The notes: generated by a model not told the origin, from the sequence alone. 63,679 nt of DNA, filler included, from 4 parts of 4 records of this genome joined end to end with filler, not necessarily neighbours in it; one strand, 5' to 3'. Counted from the whole stretch's first letter, positions 9,872 through 21,812 are shown. Program-made: numbers and translations.

Positions 9872-11806
9872 CTACTGTCCACGTAAGAACAGGCGGTCGA
9901 GTGCTTTCATACTCATTTGCGTCCAGGTTGGACGGCCATGATTGCACTGGTCGCTTCGCTCAGTGCGCTCCATATCCCGCAGCAAGGCGTTCATTTCATC
10001 GATGGTTAAGCGTCTATTTGCACGGACACTACCATGGCATGCCATGGTCGACAGCAACTCATGAATGCGTGCCTCAACCTGATGGGTGCGTCCAAACCGC
10101 GACAGCTCTTCGAGCATTTGACGTATCAGGGCTTCCGGATCTGCCTGAGCCAAAAGAGCTGGCAATTGACGGACTAACAAGGTTTCTGGCCCCGCCACAT
10201 CTAGCTCAACGCCTAACTGGGCAATAGCATCGCGCTCACTTTCAGCGGTTGCCACTTCGGCGCGACTGGCGGCCAGGGAAACTGGCACCAGCAACGGCTG
10301 CGTATCAATTCCGTTGGCTGCGGCCAGCTGGTTTTTCATGCGCTCGTAGACGATCCGCTCGTGAGCGGCGTGCATGTCTACGAGCACCAATCCTTGAGCG
10401 TTTTGCGCCAAAATATAAACACCGTGCAACTGCCCTAGCGCAAAGCCCAACGGCGGCGCTGAGGTTGCATCATGCTCAGGCATCGCCTGCGGAACCTCAC
10501 GCACTTCTGTCGCTTTTGATGTATTAATGCTCGGCGCGCTCGGCTGCGGCGTTAATAGCGACTCTTCATGATCCGGATGCAGCGCCTGGTAGCCCTGCAT
10601 AAAACGCCGCACTCGCTCTGCCCCAGGATGGCGCTCAGGTGAGTCTGATAGCGCCATACCCTGCTGCTGCCAACGGGGAGCAGGCGCTGGAACATCGGCC
10701 TCATTGGTGTTTCCCGTGACACCCGCCTCTGCTACTTCACCTTCATGCCCATAGGGCGTGCTCTGCTCTTCTTCAGCAGGCTTAGAAGAAGCAAGGCAGT
10801 GGTGCAGGCTAGAGTAAAGGAAGTCGTGCACCATCCGACCATCGCGAAACCGCACTTCATGCTTCGTTGGATGCACGTTGACGTCGACGACATCAGGATC
10901 AAGTTCCAGGTACAGCACAAACACCGGATGACGACCGTTATACAACACGTCGCGATAAGCCTGACGAACAGCATGGGCAACCAACCGATCACGAACGACG
11001 CGACCATTGACAAAAAAGTATTGCTGATCCGCCTGAGAACGAGAGTGCGTAGGCAAGCCGACCCAGCCACTAATACGCAACCCACCCGCTTCACGTTCAA
11101 TGTAGCGAGCATGCTCAATAAAGTTTTTACCCAATAGAGAAGCAATACGCCGCTCGCGTGCGGCTGGCGTCACTCCTGGTGGCAATTGATGCACCACTTT
11201 CTGGTTATGGCGCAGCACCCAAGCTACGTCGTAACGTGATAACGCCTGGCGACGAAAAGCTTCTTCAACATGGGCAAATTCTGTTTTTTCGGTGCGTAAA
11301 AATTTGCGCCGCGCGGGGGTGTTAAAAAACAGATCGCGTACCGCGACACTGGTGCCACGGGGGTGTGGCGCAGGCGTTACCCGCGCCTCCATACCACGCC
11401 CCTCGGCGACGACTCGCCACCCTTGTCGGGGGTCCTCTTCAGCATTAGAGATCAGCTCCAGCCGTGAGACAGAGCTGATCGAGGCCAACGCTTCGCCACG
11501 AAAGCCCAACGAACTCACGCCCTCTAGATCTTCAAGGCTGTTGATTTTGCTGGTTGCATGACGAGCAAGCGCCAGGGGCAAATCCTGTTCACCTATACCA
11601 ATACCATCGTCGCGCACTTTAATAAGCCGAGAGCCGCCTTGCTCTATCTCCACTTCAACTCGCTGGCTGCCAGCATCAATGGCGTTCTCAATCAGCTCCT
11701 TTGTCACTGACGAAGGGCGCTCGACAACTTCCCCCGCGGCAATTTGGTTTGCCAGACGAGGATCAAGTACATGAATGCGCGTAGGCGAAGAGATCAATTC
11801 AGACAA
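9872..11806 (-). CDS. mutL: DNA mismatch repair protein MutL
   Basis: [38 protein letters not shown]. Confidence 0.98.
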   Translation of the reverse strand: MSELISSPTRIHVLDPRLANQIAAGEVVERPSSVTKELIENAIDAGSQRVEVEIEQGGSRLIKVRDDGIGIGEQDLPLALARHATSKINSLEDLEGVSSLGFRGEALASISSVSRLELISNAEEDPRQGWRVVAEGRGMEARVTPAPHPRGTSVAVRDLFFNTPARRKFLRTEKTEFAHVEEAFRRQALSRYDVAWVLRHNQKVVHQLPPGVTPAARERRIASLLGKNFIEHARYIEREAGGLRISGWVGLPTHSRSQADQQYFFVNGRVVRDRLVAHAVRQAYRDVLYNGRHPVFVLYLELDPDVVDVNVHPTKHEVRFRDGRMVHDFLYSSLHHCLASSKPAEEEQSTPYGHEGEVAEAGVTGNTNEADVPAPAPRWQQQGMALSDSPERHPGAERVRRFMQGYQALHPDHEESLLTPQPSAPSINTSKATEVREVPQAMPEHDATSAPPLGFALGQLHGVYILAQNAQGLVLVDMHAAHERIVYERMKNQLAAANGIDTQPLLVPVSLAASRAEVATAESERDAIAQLGVELDVAGPETLLVRQLPALLAQADPEALIRQMLEELSRFGRTHQVEARIHELLSTMACHGSVRANRRLTIDEMNALLRDMERTERSDQCNHGRPTWTQMSMKALDRLFLRGQ

Positions 11807-11828
11807 CCGTCACCTCAGAAACTTATGA

Positions 11829-13316
11829 TCATGAACGTGGAATACGTAGCACTTGGCCAACACGGATAACGTCACCGTTAATATCGTTGGCCTGCTTCAG
11901 CTGATTCACTGGCACACCATGGCGTACGGCAATAGCTGACAATGTATCTCCCGATTGGATACGGTACTCGTTACCGCTCGGTCGACGCTGATTATCGCGC
12001 TGCCACGCCAATAGACTTGCTGGCGGCGGATTGCGCTCGAAGTGATCACGCAAACCATTGAAAATAGCCGTTGATAGCCCACGCTGATGGACCGGATCCC
12101 TCAGGCGACGCTCTTCATCAGGGTTAGAAATAAAGCCAACTTCGATAAGTAGCGACGGAATATCGGGCGATTTCAGCACCATGAAACCGGCTTGTTCAAC
12201 ACGAGACTTATGGAGACGGTTGATACGGCCTAATTGGTCGAGCACTTGACCACCAATCGACAGCGAATCGTTTAACGTTGCCGTCATCGTGAGGTCTAGC
12301 AACACACCTCGCAGCACTTGATCCTTGTCACGCAAAGAAAGGCTGCCGTCAACACCACCAATCAAGTCGGAGCGGTTTTCGCTATCCGCCAGCCATTGGG
12401 CAGTTTCAGACGTTGCGCCTCGCTGGGAAAGCGCATAAACAGAGCTTCCCTGGGGCCGCGGGCTGGAAAACGCATCGGCATGTATCGATACAAAAAAGTC
12501 GGCTTTCTGATCCCGAGCAAGCTGGGTACGCTGACGAAGCCCCAAGTAGTAATCACCATCGCGAATGAGTACCGCTTTAAAACCGCGCGTACCGTTTACT
12601 TCTGCGGCAAGGCGTCGCGCAATCTCCAGTACTACATCTTTCTCACGTGTTCCAGAAGGACCTATCGCGCCAGGATCTTCGCCGCCATGCCCAGCATCAA
12701 CAGCAATAATAATATCCCGCTGCGGATGCGGTTGAGCTGGCTGAACCGTAGTAGTCGTTGGCGGCACTATCTCTTCAGCGACCACTTGCCCTGGTGACTG
12801 CTCCTGTGCCTGAGCCTGAGTATTAGCTCTTTGGGCAAGGATTTCTTGATCGCGAATCATCGCCTCTATCGGATCAATGGGGTTTTCGACCGCACTCTCG
12901 CCAGGGTACTCAAGATCGACCACCAAACGATGCCCATACTGGTCGTTGGGTGGCAATGAAAAGTGACGTGGGGATATGTCGCGGTTAAGCTCCAGAACAA
13001 CGCGAAGTCCACCACCATCCCGAACCCCCGTTCGTACTTCATCGATGGCGCTCCCATCCAATGGCAGCGTAGATACATCGGTGTCTAGGTAGCTTTCATC
13101 AAGATCAATGACTAACCGTGACGGGTTCTCAAGGGAAAATACATTAGCGTTTGCGGCTGCCGTCAAATCAAACACCAAACGCGCATGATCAGGAGCCGCC
13201 CACAACCGCATGCTCTCTACCGTTGCCGCTTGTAGCGATGACACGCCTGCCACCATAAGAACACAGCCAAACGACACACTGCGTGTCAGATAGTTTAGTG
13301 CGCTGTTTATAGCCAT
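11829..13316 (-). CDS. amiB: N-acetylmuramoyl-L-alanine amidase (AMIN, Amidase_3 and LysM domains)
   Basis: DAGHGGEDPGA, SIHADA, EVGFISN; C-terminal LysM YRIQSGDTLSAIA; conserved position between tsaE and mutL. Confidence 0.93.
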   Translation of the reverse strand: MAINSALNYLTRSVSFGCVLMVAGVSSLQAATVESMRLWAAPDHARLVFDLTAAANANVFSLENPSRLVIDLDESYLDTDVSTLPLDGSAIDEVRTGVRDGGGLRVVLELNRDISPRHFSLPPNDQYGHRLVVDLEYPGESAVENPIDPIEAMIRDQEILAQRANTQAQAQEQSPGQVVAEEIVPPTTTTVQPAQPHPQRDIIIAVDAGHGGEDPGAIGPSGTREKDVVLEIARRLAAEVNGTRGFKAVLIRDGDYYLGLRQRTQLARDQKADFFVSIHADAFSSPRPQGSSVYALSQRGATSETAQWLADSENRSDLIGGVDGSLSLRDKDQVLRGVLLDLTMTATLNDSLSIGGQVLDQLGRINRLHKSRVEQAGFMVLKSPDIPSLLIEVGFISNPDEERRLRDPVHQRGLSTAIFNGLRDHFERNPPPASLLAWQRDNQRRPSGNEYRIQSGDTLSAIAVRHGVPVNQLKQANDINGDVIRVGQVLRIPRS

Positions 13317-13804
13317 TGAGTTACACCACTTTCAAGCTTTTCACTGCCATGCTTGCTAACCATCTCGCTGATCACCCGTTCACCCAAGTCAGTTTCTGCG
13401 GTTAGCGTAACCAAGCGACCAGGATCAGCCACCTCCAGCACCACTCGCAAATCTGGCGCGGGGAGCCAACCCTCACCTCGGCTCGGCCACTCAATTAAAC
13501 AGAGCGCGTCATCGGCAAGCACATCTCGCCCGCCGATAAACTCAAGCTCCTCTGGATCTGCTAAACGATACAAATCTAAATGATAAATGCGCTGCGCACC
13601 CAGTTCGTAGGGCTCTACCAGAGTATAAGTAGGACTTTTAACCGCCCCCTGGTAGCCATAAGCGCGCAATATACCACGCGTCAATGTTGTTTTTCCTGCG
13701 CCTAAGTCGCCCTCTAAATAAACACGCCCGTGACCTTGCAGCGCCTGCCCTAATGCCTCACCAAAGGCAACGTGAGACACTTCATTATTCAATTGCACTT
13801 GCAT
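13307..13804 (-). CDS. tsaE: tRNA t6A biosynthesis ATPase TsaE
   Basis: GDLGAGKTT, KSPTYTLVEPY, HLDLYRL, IEWP; start could be 13819. Confidence 0.96.
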   Translation of the reverse strand: MQVQLNNEVSHVAFGEALGQALQGHGRVYLEGDLGAGKTTLTRGILRAYGYQGAVKSPTYTLVEPYELGAQRIYHLDLYRLADPEELEFIGGRDVLADDALCLIEWPSRGEGWLPAPDLRVVLEVADPGRLVTLTAETDLGERVISEMVSKHGSEKLESGVTQWL

Positions 13805-13815
13805 GTAGGCCGCCT

Positions 13816-15309
13816 TCACGGGTTAATTAACACTCGTGCATAGGATGCCAGATCACTTGCCAGCAAGCCACGCTCACCCGTTGCTTTAGCCGCTTCATCG
13901 CCTGCCAGCGCATGCACCATCACCCCAAGCCATGCTCCTCGCTCCATATTGTCGTTCTGAGCAACCAGTGTACCTAGCATCCCGCTCAGCACATCCCCCA
14001 TGCCGCCGCTAGCCATCCCCGGATTGCCATAAGGGCATATCACTAACCCACTGGGGCCCGCCACTAAGCTACCCGCCCCCTTTAAAATCACGACGCCGCC
14101 CCGCGCTCGCTGCAAGGCTCGGGCAGCCGCTGGGCGATCTGCTTGAATATCGGCGACGGAACAGCCTAGCAACCGAGCCGCCTCACCCGGGTGCGGTGTT
14201 AATACCCAATTATCACGCCGCACATCAGGCCAGCGACTAGCCAACAGGTTGAGTGCATCCGCATCAACAATTAATGGCACATCTAATTGCAGGGCACTCT
14301 GCAGTATCGCTTGCCCCCAGGCCTCTTGCCCCAGCCCCGGCCCAACAACGATTACATCTGCCTGGGAAGGCAATTGGCCTGCATCGGCGCCACCGCGTAC
14401 ACCATGGGCCATTACCTCAGGGCAGCGCATCAAACTAGCAGCCACATGCTCAGGTGCCGTTGCCAAGCTGACCTTACCGGCGCCTAAACGCGCGGCCGCT
14501 TGAGAAGCGAGCAACGCCGCACCACCAAACCCAGGTGCACCTCCCATTACCACGACATGCCCCAGATCACCTTTATGGCTGACACGGGAGCGCGGCGTGA
14601 ATACCTCACCCAAAAGTTCATCGTCCAAACGCCATGCGCTGGGCGGTATATCAAAAAACGCTTGCGCCTTGACACCTAACGGACGGAAGTCAATTTCGCC
14701 GGTATAAGCAGGTGCATCGCCAGTATGCAGGCCAATCTTGTCGCCTATAAACGTCACCGTGCAGGTTGCATTGACGGCCAGCCCCATGACGGCACCCGTG
14801 TCTGCCGAGATGCCAGAGGGAATATCCAACGCCAATACCGGCTGATGCGACGTATTGACCGCGTCAATCACCGGCCTTATTTCTCCGGCAACATCACCCG
14901 ACAGCCCAGTACCGAGCAGTGCATCAACAATCACCTCACCCACCAAGGTGGTACTTGACTGCCACTGGTCCAAACCAACGCCCGCCGCCGATGCCAGCTC
15001 GGCAGCGCGAGCAACATCCCCCGTCAACGCCTCTAAAGGCCTAAGTGAGATACGCTGCACTTTAAGCCCGGACTGCATGGCCAACGCCGCAAGCACATGG
15101 CCATCACCCCCGTTATTACCGCTACCACACAGCACTGTCACGCTTCGTGCATGCGGCCAGCGGGAGCGGAAACTGTGCCATGCGCTGGAGGCTGCTCGCT
15201 GCATCAAAGCAAAACTTTCAATGCCGCCGGCAATCGTACGCCGATCAAGCTCACGCACTTGAGCCGCTGTATAAAGGGGGCGTAGCGAGGAAGTACTTAA
15301 CGTGGGCAC
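13816..15309 (-). CDS. nnr: Bifunctional NAD(P)H-hydrate epimerase/dehydratase (gammaproteobacterial copy)
   Basis: GSGNNGGDG, DALLGTG, SHKGDLGH, TPHPGEAARLL, MASGGMGDVLSG. Confidence 0.96.
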   Translation of the reverse strand: MPTLSTSSLRPLYTAAQVRELDRRTIAGGIESFALMQRAASSAWHSFRSRWPHARSVTVLCGSGNNGGDGHVLAALAMQSGLKVQRISLRPLEALTGDVARAAELASAAGVGLDQWQSSTTLVGEVIVDALLGTGLSGDVAGEIRPVIDAVNTSHQPVLALDIPSGISADTGAVMGLAVNATCTVTFIGDKIGLHTGDAPAYTGEIDFRPLGVKAQAFFDIPPSAWRLDDELLGEVFTPRSRVSHKGDLGHVVVMGGAPGFGGAALLASQAAARLGAGKVSLATAPEHVAASLMRCPEVMAHGVRGGADAGQLPSQADVIVVGPGLGQEAWGQAILQSALQLDVPLIVDADALNLLASRWPDVRRDNWVLTPHPGEAARLLGCSVADIQADRPAAARALQRARGGVVILKGAGSLVAGPSGLVICPYGNPGMASGGMGDVLSGMLGTLVAQNDNMERGAWLGVMVHALAGDEAAKATGERGLLASDLASYARVLINP

Positions 15310-15404
15310 GATCTCTCCTTAATCTGGTGACAGTTGGGCACTAGTAGGTTGATAACCACTTATGCGTTAGCATAGCGCGCTTAACGCGCTACCGTTGATT
15401 TACC

Positions 15405-16517
15405 ATGCAAAACTCCACCACCTTTTCACTATCTGATGATGACTTGACGCGTCTTGCGGCCCTAATCAAAACATGGGGTCGAGAGTTAGGTTTTCAGCAA
15501 GTGGGTATTACAGACACTCAGCTAGCAGCTCATGAAAAACACCTAGATGCTTGGCTTGAAAAAGGTCACCACGGTGACATGAGCTTTATGGCGAAACATG
15601 GCACCAAGCGCACCCGCCCGGAGGAGCTTGAACCCGGCACCCAGCGAGTTATCAGCGTGCGCATGGACTACTTACCCGCTGAAGTAGAAAGTACAAAAGT
15701 GCTGGGCCAACCTAGCCGTGCCTATGTCTCACGCTACGCACTGGGGCGCGACTATCATAAATTAATGCGCAAACGTTTGGCGCAACTCGCTAAAAAAATC
15801 GAGCAGCAAGTCGGCGCGTTTGGTTATCGCGCATTTGTCGACTCAGCGCCCGTTATGGAGCGCGCCTTAGCGCAAAAAGCAGGCCTTGGCTGGTTTGGTA
15901 AAAATGCCATGCTACTCAATCCCAAGGCGGGCTCGCTTTTTTTCCTCGGTGAGCTGTATACCGACTTGCCGCTGCCTATCGATGCACCGTTTACTCAGGA
16001 GCACTGTGGCAGCTGTAGCGCCTGTCGCACTGCCTGCCCAACCGGTGCCATTGTCGATGACAAGGTCGTCGACTCGCGCAAATGCATCTCTTATCTGACT
16101 ATTGAGCTGCATGGCGCGATACCTACGGAGTTTCGCCGCGCCATGGGCAACCGTATTTACGGTTGCGACGACTGCCAGTTGGTGTGTCCTTTCACTCGCT
16201 TCACCCGCGTTACCCAGGAAGATGACTTTGCGCCGCGCCATGACCTTGACCGCGCCGACCTCCTTAGCCTGTTTGCCTGGGGCGAAGACGAATTTTTGGA
16301 TAAAACAGCAGGCAGCCCCATTCGGCGTATTGGCTACGAACGCTGGCTGCGCAATCTCGCCATCGGCCTGGGCAATGCACCCTGGAGTCGCGCGGTAGAG
16401 GCAGCCTTGTGGGCAAGAAGAGCCTATCCCAGCAGTTTAGTGCGTGAGCACGTGGCTTGGGCGCTTGAGGAGCAGCGCCTCAAGCGCGGTGCGAAAATTG
16501 CTACTGACGGCGCTTAG
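15405..16517 (+). CDS. queG: Epoxyqueuosine reductase
   Basis: YALGRDYH, VDSAPVMER, CGSCSACRTACPT, GCDDCQLVCP. Confidence 0.96.
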   Translation: MQNSTTFSLSDDDLTRLAALIKTWGRELGFQQVGITDTQLAAHEKHLDAWLEKGHHGDMSFMAKHGTKRTRPEELEPGTQRVISVRMDYLPAEVESTKVLGQPSRAYVSRYALGRDYHKLMRKRLAQLAKKIEQQVGAFGYRAFVDSAPVMERALAQKAGLGWFGKNAMLLNPKAGSLFFLGELYTDLPLPIDAPFTQEHCGSCSACRTACPTGAIVDDKVVDSRKCISYLTIELHGAIPTEFRRAMGNRIYGCDDCQLVCPFTRFTRVTQEDDFAPRHDLDRADLLSLFAWGEDEFLDKTAGSPIRRIGYERWLRNLAIGLGNAPWSRAVEAALWARRAYPSSLVREHVAWALEEQRLKRGAKIATDGA

Positions 16518-16535
16518 CCACTTCTCTGAACGACC

Positions 16536-17129
16536 TTACTCCTCTTCGTCTGTTAGCGTTTCGAGGCGTAAGAACGTACTCCGATAGTGAGCCAACTCGG
16601 CAATCGACTCCTTGATGTCATCCATCGCCAGATGGACATTCTGCTTTTTAAATCCTGCTAAGGCACCTGGATTCCAACGTTTTGCCAACTCCTTAACGGT
16701 CGATACGTCCAAATTACGGTAATGGAAAAACGCCCAAAGACCCGGCATTTCACGCTCAAGGAAACGCCGATCTTGGTGAATGCTATTGCCACACATAGGC
16801 GATGAGCCAGAGACCACATAGTGGCGAAGAAAATCGAGCGTTTGCTGCTCGGCCTCAGCGGTAGTCACGGTGCTCGCTTTGACGCGCGCAACCAGTCCAC
16901 TTTCCCCATGGGTCTTTTGATTCCAGTCATCCATTTGTGCCAGTTGGCTATCGGGCTGCTTCACCGCAATCACCGGCCCTTCTGCTACGACGTTTAAATC
17001 GGCATCGGTAATCAATGTGGCCACTTCAATGATGCGCTCTTTGTTTGGATCCAGACCGGTCATTTCCAAGTCTATCCACACTAGCAAATCATCCCGCGGG
17101 GTGGCGTTGTCAGCAGTTTGCTCGCTCAT
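16536..17129 (-). CDS. orn: Oligoribonuclease
   Basis: [33 protein letters not shown]; start could be 17138. Confidence 0.97.
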   Translation of the reverse strand: MSEQTADNATPRDDLLVWIDLEMTGLDPNKERIIEVATLITDADLNVVAEGPVIAVKQPDSQLAQMDDWNQKTHGESGLVARVKASTVTTAEAEQQTLDFLRHYVVSGSSPMCGNSIHQDRRFLEREMPGLWAFFHYRNLDVSTVKELAKRWNPGALAGFKKQNVHLAMDDIKESIAELAHYRSTFLRLETLTDEEE

Positions 17130-17275
17130 TACATTCATTCCTTGGCCAGTACCGCCACTTAATACGGCGATTAGAGTTAAAGTGTGGCTTATATTGCCTT
17201 AACCAGCACCCAATGCAGGACAGTAGACTGCCCAGGTGAGTACAATGCCACTATTGTACCGAGCATCAGGTGGTC

Positions 17276-18295
17276 ATGAGCAAACGTAAATTAAGTCGCC
17301 AGCAACAGTGGCGAGTCGATAAAGTCCAAGCGGAACGTGCCCAACGTGCTGAAAAGCGCGATGTGAAAGACGCTGAAAAACTTGCCGCCGGCGAATATGG
17401 TGCCGAACAACCAGGCCGAGTTATGGCTCACTTCGGGCGAACACTAGAAGTGCGCGATGCCGATGGTACGCCCGTGCGTTGCCACCTTCGCGCCAACCTA
17501 GATGGCTTGGTCACCGGCGACCGGGTGATTTGGCGAGCAGGCCAGGATGGCTCTGGCGTCGTCGTGGCCCGCGAGGAGCGCGACAGCGTGCTAAAGCGCC
17601 CAGACCCGCGGGGCCAGCTTAAGCCTGTGGCGGCCAACATCGATCAATTGCTGATCGTCTTTGCGGTAGAGCCCGCTCCTCACCCCAATTTGATTGACCG
17701 TTATTTGGTCGCTGCCGAAGCAACAGGTATTGCCCCCGTACTGGTGCTCAACAAAACCGATTTGCTACCAGAAGACGGTGGCAAACTGGGAGAATTGCTT
17801 GAGCGCTACCACTCTCTGGGCTACACCGTGGTGCGCACCACCACTGCCAATGAAGCTGGCTTAGATGATCTACGCCAGCAGCTTGAAGGGCGAACCTCTG
17901 TGTTTGTCGGCCAGAGTGGCGTGGGCAAATCATCACTGATTGATCTTCTGCTACCCGATGAAACTTTGCGTATTGGCGCTCTGTCAGAAGATTCGCGTAA
18001 AGGCACCCATACCACCACCACCGCTCGGCTTTATGCGATGAGTAGTGACGAAGTGACTGACGGTGAGCTCATTGATTCACCGGGTATTCGCGAGTTTGGC
18101 TTGATCCATCTTGATGAACAGGAAGTGACCGATGGATTTATTGAGTTTCATCCGTTTATTGGCCATTGCCGCTTCCGAGATTGCCGCCACCGCAACGAGC
18201 CAGGCTGCGCTTTACTAGAAGCCGTCGAGGCAGGCAAGATTCATCCAGAACGTTTTGCCAGCTATCGGCGCATTCTCGATAGCTTAAACGCATAA
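17276..18295 (+). CDS. rsgA: Small ribosomal subunit biogenesis GTPase RsgA
   Basis: MSKRKLS start, NKTD, GQSGVGKSS, DSPGIREF, CRFRDCRHRNEPGC zinc site. Confidence 0.97.
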   Translation: MSKRKLSRQQQWRVDKVQAERAQRAEKRDVKDAEKLAAGEYGAEQPGRVMAHFGRTLEVRDADGTPVRCHLRANLDGLVTGDRVIWRAGQDGSGVVVAREERDSVLKRPDPRGQLKPVAANIDQLLIVFAVEPAPHPNLIDRYLVAAEATGIAPVLVLNKTDLLPEDGGKLGELLERYHSLGYTVVRTTTANEAGLDDLRQQLEGRTSVFVGQSGVGKSSLIDLLLPDETLRIGALSEDSRKGTHTTTTARLYAMSSDEVTDGELIDSPGIREFGLIHLDEQEVTDGFIEFHPFIGHCRFRDCRHRNEPGCALLEAVEAGKIHPERFASYRRILDSLNA

Positions 18296-18348
18296 TTTTC
18301 ATTAGCTAGATGCCTGATATATCAATTGCTAAGCATAGGGAGCTGTCA

Positions 18349-19191
18349 ATGAGCACCGCTAGCCATTCATCGGAAACCAACCTACTGCCGCTGATTGTTG
18401 AGCCCGAGCAGCTTCAAGAACACCTGGATAATCCACAGCTGCTAATTATCGATGTGCCAGTGAATGGCGATAGCTATCGCCAAGGCCATGTACCGGGTGC
18501 TATTTACCTGGATTTTCGCTACCTAATGCGTGGCGAAGGACCGGTACCTAACGATGTGCCGAGCACTGAATTTCTCTCACGACTGTTCAGCGCACTTGGC
18601 CTAACCCGGGACACTCACGTCGTCGCTTATGATGATGAGGGCGGCGGCTGGGCGGCACGACTGCTATGGACACTGGAGCTAATCGGCCACACCCGTTACT
18701 CCTATTTGAATGGCGGCATCCATGCCTGGAGAGATTCCGGCTTGGCAGAAAGCACTGAATCCACCGCCCCAACACCAAGCGAGTACCGAGCGGAGATCTT
18801 AAACCCGCACGCCTTAATCACCTGCGATGAAATCAAACAAAAGCTCGCAGATAAGCAGTTCGCCGTTTGGGATGCTCGCTCTAAAGGCGAGTTTGATGGT
18901 GAAAAAGGCAACAATAAGCACCTTGGTCATATTCCGGGAGCGGTCAACATGGACTGGCTAAACGCCATGGATCGCAATCGCGCACTTCGAATCCGCGATT
19001 ACGCTGAGCTAATGACCGAACTAGGTGCACTCGGCCTAACGCCCGATATGGAAATTGCTACTCACTGCCAAAGCCATCACCGCAGCAGCTTCACGTGGTT
19101 AGTCGGGAAAGCGCTGGGTTTTAATATACGTGGTTATGCGGGCTCTTGGGGCGAATGGGGCAACCGCGACGACACACCGATTGAGAAGTGA
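18349..19191 (+). CDS. Two-domain rhodanese / thiosulfate sulfurtransferase (RhdA-like)
   Basis: [28 protein letters not shown], active site [16 protein letters not shown]. Confidence 0.92.
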   Translation: MSTASHSSETNLLPLIVEPEQLQEHLDNPQLLIIDVPVNGDSYRQGHVPGAIYLDFRYLMRGEGPVPNDVPSTEFLSRLFSALGLTRDTHVVAYDDEGGGWAARLLWTLELIGHTRYSYLNGGIHAWRDSGLAESTESTAPTPSEYRAEILNPHALITCDEIKQKLADKQFAVWDARSKGEFDGEKGNNKHLGHIPGAVNMDWLNAMDRNRALRIRDYAELMTELGALGLTPDMEIATHCQSHHRSSFTWLVGKALGFNIRGYAGSWGEWGNRDDTPIEK

Positions 19192-19201
19192 AGATACGAC
19201 T

Positions 19202-20035
19202 GTGACTGTTTCCCAAAAAGCGTTTTCCCTAATTCAGTACCCACTCCCTCACCATGCGCTTTCACGTTTAACAGGCAAGCTTGCCCAGTGCGATGCTCCC
19301 GCGGTGAAGAACAAGTTAATTAAGGCGTTTATCAAACGTTTTAATGTGGACATGAGCCAAGCGCTGGAGCCAGACCCCACCGTTTATGCAACGTTTAATG
19401 ACTTTTTCACCCGCGCTTTGAAAGACGATGCCCGCCCCTTGGGAGCAGGTCTGCTAAGCCCTGCTGATGGCACCCTGTCACAGTTCGGGCGTTTACAGGC
19501 AGGTCAGTTAGTACAAGCGAAAGGCCACACGTTTTCTGCCCAAACCCTGCTAGGGGGCGACAGCGCGCTAGCCGAAGAGTTTATGGGCGGCAGTTTTGCG
19601 ACTGTTTACCTCTCTCCTCGAGATTACCACCGGGTACATATGCCGGTTACAGGCACCCTGCGCGAGATGATTTATGTGCCAGGGCGTCTCTTCTCGGTCA
19701 ACCAAGCAACCGCTAACTACGTGCCAGGGCTGTTTGCTCGTAACGAGCGATTGGTGTGTATTTTCGATACCGAGCACGGCCCAATGGCCATGGTATTGGT
19801 AGGTGCAATGATCGTCGCGGCTATCGAGACTGTCTGGGCAGGCCAAGTGACGCCGCTTTCAGGACACCCTCAGCGCATGCGTTTCGGGCAACCAATCACG
19901 CTTGAAAAAGGCGCTGAAATGGGCCGCTTCAAACTGGGCTCAACGGTGGTGATGTGCTTTGCCAAGCCGGTGACGTTTGAAGACAACCCGCTGGGCGCCA
20001 AGGTACAAATGGGCCAAACACTGGGCGAGCCTTAA
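19202..20035 (+). CDS. psd: Phosphatidylserine decarboxylase proenzyme
   Basis: [35 protein letters not shown] cleavage motif; GTG start inferred. Confidence 0.96.
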   Translation: MTVSQKAFSLIQYPLPHHALSRLTGKLAQCDAPAVKNKLIKAFIKRFNVDMSQALEPDPTVYATFNDFFTRALKDDARPLGAGLLSPADGTLSQFGRLQAGQLVQAKGHTFSAQTLLGGDSALAEEFMGGSFATVYLSPRDYHRVHMPVTGTLREMIYVPGRLFSVNQATANYVPGLFARNERLVCIFDTEHGPMAMVLVGAMIVAAIETVWAGQVTPLSGHPQRMRFGQPITLEKGAEMGRFKLGSTVVMCFAKPVTFEDNPLGAKVQMGQTLGEP

Positions 20036-20052
20036 AACGCGAGACATTAGTG

Positions 20053-21033
20053 CTAACAATTAGCCGTTGAAAATGTAAGCACGTCTTCCAGGCGTGCTTT
20101 ACCCAGCGCCAGCTGAATAAGCCGATCTATGCCCAATGCCACCCCAGCGCTTTCTGGCATTCCATGGTCTAGCGCTGCTAGCAGCTGCTCATCAACATCC
20201 ACCTCAGGTAAACCTAAACGGCGACGCTCGGCATTGTCTTCACTGAAACGCAGCCGCTGCTCCTCAGCATCAATCAGCTCATCATAGCCATTCGCCAGTT
20301 CAACACCATTGAGATAAAGCTCAAAGCGAGAGGCTACCCACTCACCATCTGCGTCTTGATGGCGGCGCGCCAAGGCCGCTTGGCTGGCAGGATAATCCAA
20401 CACAACACTCAGCTCGTTTTGGCCAAGCGTTGGTTCAATTACCATGCTCATTAACAGGTCGAGACAAGTATCGCGACTCTCTTCTGTTAGCGCATGTGCC
20501 GGCATCTGGCCACGCTCTGCAGCCAACGTACGCAATGTGTCAATAGAGGTCGTAAAGGGGTCTACCGCTAAGTAGGTATGAAACAGCTCACGGTAACGAT
20601 AGTGCACCACGGGGCCTGCAAAACTCGGCAGCACATTAGCAACCAGCGTGGTCGTCTCATCAATCAGCTGTGCCAGGCTAAACCCTGGGCGGTACCACTC
20701 AAGCATAGTGAATTCAATATTATGGCGGCTGCCAATTTCACCATCACGAAAACTTTTAGCTAGTTGAAATATCGGCCCACTACCGGCGGCCAGCAGGCGC
20801 TTCATATGAAACTCGGGCGACGTTTGCAGCCATAGTCTACGCTGGCCTTTATCAGTACGCGCCATGCTAGACAGCGAGACTAAGTGCACATCGGTGCTGC
20901 CCCCCTGCCCCAACACCGGCGTTTCCACCTCCAGCACATCCCGCTCAGCAAAAAACGCACGCACCCCAGCGAGTAAGCGTGCACGCTCGCGCAACGTTTC
21001 GATACTTGCCGTTGGCTGCCAGCTAGCCGTCAT
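20053..21033 (-). CDS. epmA: EF-P beta-lysyltransferase
   Basis: WQPTASIETL, LQTSPEFHMKRLLAAG, GVALGIDRL; next to efp. Confidence 0.96.
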   Translation of the reverse strand: MTASWQPTASIETLRERARLLAGVRAFFAERDVLEVETPVLGQGGSTDVHLVSLSSMARTDKGQRRLWLQTSPEFHMKRLLAAGSGPIFQLAKSFRDGEIGSRHNIEFTMLEWYRPGFSLAQLIDETTTLVANVLPSFAGPVVHYRYRELFHTYLAVDPFTTSIDTLRTLAAERGQMPAHALTEESRDTCLDLLMSMVIEPTLGQNELSVVLDYPASQAALARRHQDADGEWVASRFELYLNGVELANGYDELIDAEEQRLRFSEDNAERRRLGLPEVDVDEQLLAALDHGMPESAGVALGIDRLIQLALGKARLEDVLTFSTANC

Positions 21034-21051
21034 TTACGTCCCCTCCAATGC

Positions 21052-21086
21052 TATAAAGCCACGCATGGTCATCACGTGGCTTTATA
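21052..21086. terminator. Hairpin between efp and epmA
   Basis: TATAAAGCCACG-N11-CGTGGCTTTATA, 12-bp stem. Confidence 0.55.
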
Positions 21087-21132
21087 AAGTAGATGCTTTC
21101 GCGGCTAACTAACTACCGGTCACTCGGCAGCG

Positions 21133-21166
21133 CTTATGCTCGAGAAACACTTATGCTCGAGAAACA
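21133..21166. repeat. Perfect 17-bp tandem duplication including the efp stop codon
   Basis: CTTATGCTCGAGAAACA at 21133-21149 and again at 21150-21166. Confidence 0.9.
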
Positions 21167-21717
21167 TAGTCGCCAGAGCGTGTATCAATCTTCAGCACTT
21201 CACCCTGGTTGATAAACAACGGTACGCGCACAACCGCACCTGATGAAAGTGTGGCAGGCTTAGAACCACCCTGGGCAGTGTCACCTTTCAAACCTGGGTC
21301 CGTCTCAACCACTTCCAGTTCAATGAAGTTGGGTGGTGTAACGGAAATCGCTTTATCGTTCCAAAGCGTAATAATATAAGGCACCTGCTCCTTGAGCCAT
21401 TTTTCAGTATCGCCCAATGCTTTCTTTTCAACGGCGTACTGCTCGAAGGAACCATCCGTCTTCATGAAGTGCCACATGTCGCCGTCGGTGTAGAGATATT
21501 CCATCTCCAAATCCATGACATCGGCACCTTCCAGTGAGTCACCGGATTTGAAAGTACGCTCGCCAACACGGCCAGTCATCAGGTTGCGCAGCTTAACGCG
21601 GTTAAATGCCTGACCCTTGCCTGGCTTGACCAGTTCGTTCTCGACGATAGAACAAGGATCGCCGTCGAGCATTACTTTCAAACCGCCTTTGAATTCATTG
21701 GTAGAATAGTTCGCCAT
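21151..21717 (-). CDS. efp: Elongation factor P (PGKG lysine type)
   Basis: [33 protein letters not shown]. Confidence 0.98.
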   Translation of the reverse strand: MANYSTNEFKGGLKVMLDGDPCSIVENELVKPGKGQAFNRVKLRNLMTGRVGERTFKSGDSLEGADVMDLEMEYLYTDGDMWHFMKTDGSFEQYAVEKKALGDTEKWLKEQVPYIITLWNDKAISVTPPNFIELEVVETDPGLKGDTAQGGSKPATLSSGAVVRVPLFINQGEVLKIDTRSGDYVSRA

Positions 21718-21812
21718 GATGCCTCTCAGTGTTTTATTTCAGTAACGTAGTGCGCGAAGCCATGCTTCGCCGTTGATAATGTCGTTGTAAACGTCGTCTA
21801 ATAAGTGCGCGC

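Noticed and set aside
6316-15309. Two nnr genes close together as a duplication or horizontal transfer
   Set aside because: They are on different contigs from apparently different organisms, separated by a linker.
21747-21770. GTAGTGCG followed by the GCGAAGC-CAT-GCTTCGC hairpin upstream of efp as a REP copy
   Set aside because: Only the first 8 nt match the REP at 59441; it may just be a leader hairpin.
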